Translations under genes and position numbers: made by a program
The notes under the pieces: generated by a model
The model's database searches: none
Seen by the model: only the letters and a program-made list of their open reading frames with translations
Told to the model about the DNA's origin: nothing
Source of the DNA: an uncultured delta proteobacterium
GTDB taxonomy: Bacteria; Myxococcota; Myxococcia; SLRQ01
DNA: 64,000 nt
Assembly (NCBI GenBank): GCA_963727485.1
Contig: CAVSGM010000002.1
Coordinates: forward strand, 32,001 to 96,000
Direction: 5' to 3'
Shown here: positions 57,970-64,000 of the stretch, piece after piece
How the letters are laid out: the number at the start of each line of letters is the position of its first letter
Position numbering within the stretch: the stretch's first letter is position 1

Positions 57970-58462
57970 GAAGGTCTACCCCAAGGCCGATCTCGTCCAC
58001 CGCGCGGTGGCGCGCTTCGCGGACGTGATCATCGCCATCCTCGCGGACCGCCTCCTGCCGGGGGGCGTGGGGGGCCTCATCGCCATCGCCTACCTCCTCC
58101 TCGCCGACGGCTTCCTCATCGGCCAGAGCCCGGGGAAGAAGCTCGGCGGGGTGAAGGTGGTCAACCTCAAGACCGGGCTCCCGGCGCGCTACCGGGAGAG
58201 CGCGGTGAGGAACCTCCCCTTCGCCCTGGTGGCGCTCTTCTACTACATCCCCATCATCGGCTGGGTGCTCTTCCCGGTGGCGGGGCTCTTCATCGTGGCC
58301 TTCGAGAGCTACATGGCCTGGACCAATCGCCTGGGCCTGCGCATCGGCGACGTCTTCGCCGACACCCAGGTCATCGACGCCTCGGTGCCGGTGGAGGCCG
58401 AGGAGCCCGCCGGCGGGACCCGGGTGCGGGCCCGGGATCTCCCGGACGGCGAACCGGCGTAG
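57941..58462 (+). CDS. RDD-family membrane protein
   Basis: R..A...D, GQSPGK...G.KVV, S..RN, R.GD..A.T.V; GTG start uncertain. Confidence 0.82.
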   Translation: MRIQVPKGPKKVYPKADLVHRAVARFADVIIAILADRLLPGGVGGLIAIAYLLLADGFLIGQSPGKKLGGVKVVNLKTGLPARYRESAVRNLPFALVALFYYIPIIGWVLFPVAGLFIVAFESYMAWTNRLGLRIGDVFADTQVIDASVPVEAEEPAGGTRVRARDLPDGEPA

Positions 58463-58507
58463 GGGCCGCGCCGGCGTTCGGGCCGGATCGAGGGGCCGCG
58501 GCGCCGG

Positions 58508-59053
58508 CTAGGGCGCCGGCATGCTGGCGCTGAAGCTCACCGTCACCGTGCAGCTCTTGGTGCTGCCCGTCCCCGAGGGGATGTCCATGGTGGCGAGGCT
58601 GCCGGAGAGGACGTAGTTCCCGGACTTCGCCTTGTCGTTGGTGACCGAGGCGCTGAAGACGATCTGGAGGTCGACCTGGTTGGCGCCGGTGGAGGTGGCG
58701 AGGCGGCTGGTGCGCCGGGTCAGGGAGATGGTGCCGAGGTCGGTCTTGGCCGAGGTGCTCGGGGCGTAGAGGGGCCCGGTGAGCTCCAGGCTCTGCTGGT
58801 TCACCTGGTCGAGGATCCCCACGCTCACCTGGGTGAGGTCGGCGTTCTGCTGGACCGTGAGCGTCGACGGCAGGGTGTAGGGGGTGAACTCGCAGCTCCC
58901 CTGGGTCTGGGTGGTGTCGACCCCGTAGCTCCCGGCGATGGGATTGCAGGTCGATCCCGACTTGCACGCGTCCAGGGGCTTGCCGCAGCCCCAGACGAGG
59001 ACGGAGGAGAGGAGGACCACGGCCCCGGCCAGCATCGATCGCGCGCGTGTCAT
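58508..59053 (-). CDS. Hypothetical Cys-containing lipoprotein
   Basis: Signal peptide ending VWG-C; Thr/Ser-rich beta-type body; TGc-TATGGT 8 nt upstream. Confidence 0.75.
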   Translation of the reverse strand: MTRARSMLAGAVVLLSSVLVWGCGKPLDACKSGSTCNPIAGSYGVDTTQTQGSCEFTPYTLPSTLTVQQNADLTQVSVGILDQVNQQSLELTGPLYAPSTSAKTDLGTISLTRRTSRLATSTGANQVDLQIVFSASVTNDKAKSGNYVLSGSLATMDIPSGTGSTKSCTVTVSFSASMPAP

Positions 59054-59105
59054 CGTGCCGTACCATAGCACCGCCCGCAGGGGGGCGGTACCGGTTCGAG
59101 GGGGA

Positions 59106-60462
59106 TCAGCCCCCCTGCCGGAGCCAGCGCCAGAATCTGGGCCGGGGAGGCCTGGTTCCCGTGGAGGAGCAGGGAGACCCGGAACAGGCGCCCGGCGGCC
59201 TTGAGGGCGAGCCAGGCGGCGACGACCAGCACCGCCAGGGCGCCGGCGAGCTCCACGGGGGGCAGGTGGCCGGCCGACATCCGGAACATCACGGTGATCG
59301 GGGCGGTCACCGGGACGAAGGTGAGGACCCGGGCGAAGAGCCCGTTCGGCGACTGGATGATCACGAAGCTGAACATGAAGGGGATCATCGCCGTCAGGGT
59401 GAACACCCCCGAGAGCTGCTGGGCGTGGCGGGCGGTGTCGGCGATGGCCCCGACCCCGAGCATCAGGGCGCCGAAGAGGGCGTAGCCGGCGAGGAAGAAC
59501 GCCGTGGCCCAGGCGATCTGGGTCAGGGAGATGCCAATCATCGGGGCGAGGATGGCCAGGGGGACGGCGAGGAGGCCCACCCAGAGGGCGAACTGGAGGA
59601 GCCCGGCCCCGCCGATGCCGACCAGCTTCCCCGCGAGGAGCTCGTCGGGGGTGACGCTGGCGAGGAGCAGCTCCAGGATGCGGTTCTCCTTCTCCTCGGA
59701 GAGGCCCAGGAGCAGGTAGCCCGCCCCGGCGAAGAGGGCCACCGAGAGGAAGAGGGCGGCCATGGTGGGCACCAGGAACCGCCGGACGTCGTCGCTGACG
59801 ACCTGCTCGGGGACCTCGTGGCCCGCCGGGTCGAGGACGTGGGACTGCTTGTCCGCCACCGAGCCCAGGACCCGGTGGAGGATCGCCGGGGGCACCCGGC
59901 CGGCGAGGAGCGCCCGGCGCAGGGCGAGCGGCAGGCCGGCGCCGAAGGGGCTCACCGGGTTGGGCCGGTCGGGGTCCCGGAGCTGGTAGGTGGTGAGGGC
60001 GCCGGTGGCGAGCCAGTGGGCGTCGGTGACCACCACCCCGGTGAGCTTCCCGGCGAGGAGGTCGTGGCGGGCGGCGGCGAGGCTCGGGTAGCCCTGGTAG
60101 TGGTCGGGCTTCCGGTCGGAGGTCGGGGCCGAGAGGACCGGGGGCAGGTCCGTGAGGGCCTTGCGGGCGGAGGGGGGCAGGCCGGCGGTGGGGATGGGGA
60201 GCGCCGGGCGCTTCGTCGCCGCCTGCGGGCCCCGGTCCAGGGCCTTCAGGTCCAGGAGCCCGGTCTGGTCGACCACGCCCACGTGCGCCGGCTCCGGGCC
60301 GCCGAGGATCCGGTCGGGCTTGAGGAGCCCGTTGAGGAAGAGCATGAACACCGGCAGCAGCGGCACCAGGATCGTCGAGATGATGAACCCGGGGCGGGTG
60401 ACGGTGGTCCACAGCTCCCGGCGGGCGATGCGCCGGACCTTGGTGGCGCGGGTGGCGCTCAT
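59106..60462 (-). CDS. ABC-2 exporter permease (NatB-like); cryptic +1 frameshift at 59134-59135 near C-terminus
   Basis: IARRE, EEKENRILELLL.SV....L..GK..G; removing one T gives the end QIWRWLRQGG* at 59106. Confidence 0.85.
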
Positions 60463-61460
60463 CCCAGGGCCCCCGCCGGGCTCCCGGCCCGGAGCTCGGC
60501 CCGGAGGCGCTCGGCGTCGAGGTCGGTCTCGCCGGTGACCGCGGCGATGAACACCTCCTCCAGGGAGGGCAGGGCGCGGCTGAAGTGGTGGACCCGGGCG
60601 CCCCCGGCGAGGACCGCGGCGAGGAACGCCGAGGGATCGACCCCGTCGGCGAGGGTGACCACCCGGGTGCCGTCGGGGCGGGGTACCACGGCCTCGACCA
60701 TGGCCGCTACCGCGCCCTCGGGGGTCCAGGGGTCCTCGGTGCCCAGCGCCACCCCGCGCCCGGCGAAGCGCTCCCGGATCCCGGCGACGGTCCCCGAGAG
60801 GATCACCTCGCCCCGGCGGATGAGCACCACGTCGTCGCAGAGCTGCTGGGCCTGGTCGAGCTGGTGGGTGGAGACGATGACCCCGGCGCCCCGGGCCACC
60901 AGCTCGCGTACCACCTCGCCGATGAGGCGCCGGTTCACCGGGTCGAGGCCGGTGAAGGGCTCGTCGAGGATGATGAGCTCGGGGGCGTGGAGGATGGCGG
61001 CGCCCACCTGCACCTTCTGCTGCATCCCCTTGGATAGCGCCCGCACCTTCTTGCGGGCGTCGTCGGCGAGGCCCACCCGCTCGAGCCAGCCCTGGGCCCG
61101 GCGGCGGGCCTCGGGCTTGGAGAGCCCCGAGAGACCCACCAGGTAGGCGAGGACGTCGATGACCCGCTGCTTGGGGTAGAGGCCCCGCTCCTCGGGGAGG
61201 TAGCCGATGCGGTCCTTGAGCCCCGCCGAGGGGGGGTGGCCCAGGACCTCGATGGACCCGGCGTCGGGGCGGATGAGGTCGAGGACCATGCGGATGAGGC
61301 TGGTCTTCCCGGCGCCGTTGGGGCCGAGGAGTCCCAGGACCCGCCCGGGGGTCACCTCGAGGCTCACGCCCTTGAGGACCTTCTGGTCCCCGTAGCGCTT
61401 CTCCACGCCTCGGACGGCGAGGATCGCCGGAGACGGGGGCGCTGACCGCGGGGCCGCCAA
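60459..61460 (-). CDS. ABC exporter ATP-binding subunit (NatA-like)
   Basis: GPNGAGKT, GYLPEERGLY, LSKGMQQK, LDEPFTGLDPVN, PSLEEVF; TTG start with SD. Confidence 0.92.
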   Translation of the reverse strand: MAAPRSAPPSPAILAVRGVEKRYGDQKVLKGVSLEVTPGRVLGLLGPNGAGKTSLIRMVLDLIRPDAGSIEVLGHPPSAGLKDRIGYLPEERGLYPKQRVIDVLAYLVGLSGLSKPEARRRAQGWLERVGLADDARKKVRALSKGMQQKVQVGAAILHAPELIILDEPFTGLDPVNRRLIGEVVRELVARGAGVIVSTHQLDQAQQLCDDVVLIRRGEVILSGTVAGIRERFAGRGVALGTEDPWTPEGAVAAMVEAVVPRPDGTRVVTLADGVDPSAFLAAVLAGGARVHHFSRALPSLEEVFIAAVTGETDLDAERLRAELRAGSPAGALG

Positions 61461-61467
61461 GGCTCCC

Positions 61468-61686
61468 CTAGCGGGCGCGGTAGACGATCCGGCCCTTGGT
61501 CAGGTCGTAGGGCGAGAGGGCCACGGTGACCTTGTCGCCCAGGACGATGCGGATGAAGAACTTCCGCATCTTTCCGGAGACATAGGCCAGCACCAGGTTC
61601 CCCTCGCCGATGTCCACCTTGAACATCCCGTTGGGGAGCACCTCTTTGATGGTGCCCTCCACCTCGATGAGATCTTCCTTGGCCAT
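61468..61686 (-). CDS. infA: Translation initiation factor IF-1
   Basis: [11 protein letters not shown]...LPN.MF.V...SGKMR....[19 protein letters not shown]. Confidence 0.98.
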   Translation of the reverse strand: MAKEDLIEVEGTIKEVLPNGMFKVDIGEGNLVLAYVSGKMRKFFIRIVLGDKVTVALSPYDLTKGRIVYRAR

Positions 61687-61721
61687 GTCTCTTTGCCCGT
61701 TCCCCGTTCGGTGCGGCGCGC

Positions 61722-61750
61722 AACGTAGTCGAGGGTCCGCCGAGGGTCAA
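61722..61750 (-). promoter_or_regulatory. sigma70-type promoter of infA-ABC unit
   Basis: TTGACC-N17-TACGTT. Confidence 0.65.
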
Positions 61751-61827
61751 GCGCCCCGGGTCCCGGGTGGGAAACCGGGGACGCGCGATTCCCCCCAGGG
61801 GCCCCTCGTAGTAGTGTTGGCGGGCAC

Positions 61828-64000
61828 ATGGCGGGCAAGCGGGTTCTCATCGTAGAGGCCGAGGAAGAGCTCGGTCTGTCCATCGCGTCTCTCCTCCAGG
61901 GACCGGACGTCCACACCGAGCTGGTCGGCTCGGTGCGCGACGCCCGGAAGGTCCTGGACGAGCGCCGTCCCGACCTCCTCGTGGTTCGGGCGGAGCTCCC
62001 GGAGACCAGCGGATTCGCCTTCGTGGGCCGCTTGAAGAAAGCGGCGGACACCACTGGATTGCCAGTGATTCTGGTCTCCACGGACTCCACGGATGCGGCC
62101 CTCGCCACCCACCGGGAGGGGCCGGCGCCCGCCGACGGGTACCTCCGGCTCCCCGAGCAGATGCGCGATCTGTCGGACGTGGCCACGCCCTTGCTCTGGC
62201 CCGAGGGGCGCCCGGAGGTCCCGGAGATCGCATCCGCCGACGTGACCCCCGTCGAGCCCATCCCGGTGCAGCCCGGCCCCGGCGCCGAGGCGGCGGCCCC
62301 CGCGGCGGACCCGGTCCCGGCCGGCGCCGCACCCGAGGCCGCCCCGGGCGGGGCCGAAGGGGGCCCGGCGATGACCGGCGACGACGTCGACGACGCCCTC
62401 GAAAATGCCTTCAGTGGTGGCGGCAACCACCGCGATCCCATGGCGGAAATGCCCGACGTCCCCGCCGAGGCCTACGCCGCCGTGGGCCAGGCGCCGCCCC
62501 CGGCCCCCGGGGCCCCGGCGGGCCCGCCGAGGCCCCCGCGCCTCCCGAAGCGGGAGCGCAAGCTCGCGGTCACCCCCGAGGACTTCGCCTGGGTCGACCA
62601 GGTCTTCGGCACCATCGCCGACCGCAAGACCGAGCTCCTCACCGAGGCTCGGCAGCGCGCCGAGGGCCGGGGCCGCAAGCGCAGCCGCGGGGTCCTCGGC
62701 TCCCCCGAGGAGAAGATCCAGGCGCTGCGCGACGAGCTCAAGGAGCGGGACATCGCCCTGGCGCGCCTCTCGGAGATTCGGCGCGCCCGGGAGCGCGAGA
62801 ACCAGGCCGGCGAGGAGCGGGTCCACGAGAAGGAGGTCGAGGCCCAGGGCCTCAAGCTCCAGCTCCAGGAGATGATCAAGCGCCTGGGGCAGGCGCGGGA
62901 GCTCTTCGAGAAGCGGGAGAGCCAGCACGCCGACCTGGTCGAGAGCCTCCTCGAGCAGAAGGTCATCGAGGAGAAGGACCTCATCGAGGTCGTCGCCGGC
63001 AAGGAGAAGCAGATCAACGACGTCTACCGCGAGCTCCGCGGCCGGGACGACGAGATCACGCGCCTGACGGTGGCCCTGGAGCAGGCCCACGGCGAGATCG
63101 ACGATCTCGAGAAGCGCCGGCAGCGGGAGCTGCTCTCGGGGGAGATGCGCGAGGCCCGCCTCAAGGAGGTCCTCGCCACCCGGGAGACCGAGCTCGCCAA
63201 CCTCGAGATCGACGTGGCGCTGGCCCGGGACGAGGCCGAGGAGCGCCGCCTCGAGGCCGAGAGCCGCGAGGCGCTGCAGAAGCAGGCCTACAAGGACCTG
63301 GAGCAGCGCCTGGGGCAGGTCGAGCAGGAGCGCGACTGGAAGCTCCGGGAGCTGCGGACCTCCCTCGAGGCCCGGGACGCCGCCGCCACCCGCCTGGCGG
63401 CGGATTTCGAGGAGGCCCAGGCCGCCGCCGAGGCCCGGGACGAGGAGCTCACCGCGATGCTCACCGAGGCCGAGACCCAGGTCTCGGAGCTCGGCGAGGA
63501 GCTCGAGGCGACCCGGCACCAGCGCGACGCGGTGGCCCAGAGCCTCCGGGATCGCCTCCGGGCCCGGGCCGAGCACATCGCCAGCCTCGAGGGCGACCTC
63601 TCCGCCGCCCGGGGCGAGGCCGTCCGCCGCGAGGCCGAGCTCGGGGAGGCCCTCCAGGCCGAGCAGGCCAAGGTCGCCGCCCTCACCGGGGACCTCGAGC
63701 ACACCCGGGAGGAGGCCCACGCCCGGGAGGAGGCCCTCGAGGAGACCCTCGCCGGGGTCCGCGGCGAGCTCGAGACCGAGCGCGCCGAGCACGCCCACCA
63801 CGCCGACGAGGCCGCCGCGGCCCAGGCCCGCCTCGAGGAGAGCCTCTCCGGGGCCCGGGAGCGCATCGGCGAGCTCGAGGGGGAGCTCGAGGCCCTCGGC
63901 CGGGCCAAGGACGACCTCGAGGCCGACCTCCGGGGCGAGCTCCAGGCCGCCGGCGAGGCCAGGGACGCCCTCGAGGCGGACCTCCGGGGCCAGCTCCAGG
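61828..64000 (+). CDS. aglZ: AglZ-like gliding-motility protein (pseudo-receiver + long coiled coil); runs off the window end, not in the ORF track
   Basis: Manual translation: MAGKRVLIVE...RRPDLLVVRAELP..SGF, ADGYL, P.LPKRER, IADRK.ELL.E.RQ, G.PE.KIQ.LRDELK, EKDLIEVVA.KEK.IN, matching my recollection of M. xanthus AglZ. Confidence 0.85.
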   Translation, partial: MAGKRVLIVEAEEELGLSIASLLQGPDVHTELVGSVRDARKVLDERRPDLLVVRAELPETSGFAFVGRLKKAADTTGLPVILVSTDSTDAALATHREGPAPADGYLRLPEQMRDLSDVATPLLWPEGRPEVPEIASADVTPVEPIPVQPGPGAEAAAPAADPVPAGAAPEAAPGGAEGGPAMTGDDVDDALENAFSGGGNHRDPMAEMPDVPAEAYAAVGQAPPPAPGAPAGPPRPPRLPKRERKLAVTPEDFAWVDQVFGTIADRKTELLTEARQRAEGRGRKRSRGVLGSPEEKIQALRDELKERDIALARLSEIRRARERENQAGEERVHEKEVEAQGLKLQLQEMIKRLGQARELFEKRESQHADLVESLLEQKVIEEKDLIEVVAGKEKQINDVYRELRGRDDEITRLTVALEQAHGEIDDLEKRRQRELLSGEMREARLKEVLATRETELANLEIDVALARDEAEERRLEAESREALQKQAYKDLEQRLGQVEQERDWKLRELRTSLEARDAAATRLAADFEEAQAAAEARDEELTAMLTEAETQVSELGEELEATRHQRDAVAQSLRDRLRARAEHIASLEGDLSAARGEAVRREAELGEALQAEQAKVAALTGDLEHTREEAHAREEALEETLAGVRGELETERAEHAHHADEAAAAQARLEESLSGARERIGELEGELEALGRAKDDLEADLRGELQAAGEARDALEADLRGQLQ

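Noticed and set aside
58461..58508. Short direct repeat AGGGGCCGCG..CCGGC between convergent genes
   Set aside because: Only two short GC-rich copies; no array, spacers or transposase; may be chance or part of a terminator.

Overview
Very GC-rich chromosomal window, most likely from a Myxococcota bacterium (asgB-purH-zinc-ribbon/TPR-purD synteny, aglZ, myxobacterial-type T2SS). In order: (1) a gspC-D-E-F-G-H-I-J-K-L type II secretion operon on the minus strand, with two extra small genes and a sigma54-type promoter; (2) a phosphate/polyphosphate island (phoU, porin, apaH, ppx, ppk1, PAP2, CHAD, sixA, phoR, phoB) with visible Pho boxes and no pstSCAB; (3) MerR-like HTH, asgB, purH, zinc-ribbon/TPR, purD; (4) a surface-glycan locus, interrupted by a sigma54-type lipoprotein + secreted HExxH metallopeptidase module and ending in an O-antigen-ligase fusion with pseudo-protease, TSP3 and FG-GAP-like domains downstream of lptF-lptG; (5) housekeeping genes (tsaC, DUF1015-like, hemB, RDD, ABC-2 exporter, infA) and the 5' part of aglZ. 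Eight genes carry single-base frameshifts. Five fall in an AGATC motif and are most likely methylation-related long-read errors rather than pseudogenes. No tRNA, rRNA, CRISPR array or mobile element was recognised. All family assignments come from motif recognition by eye; no searches were run.
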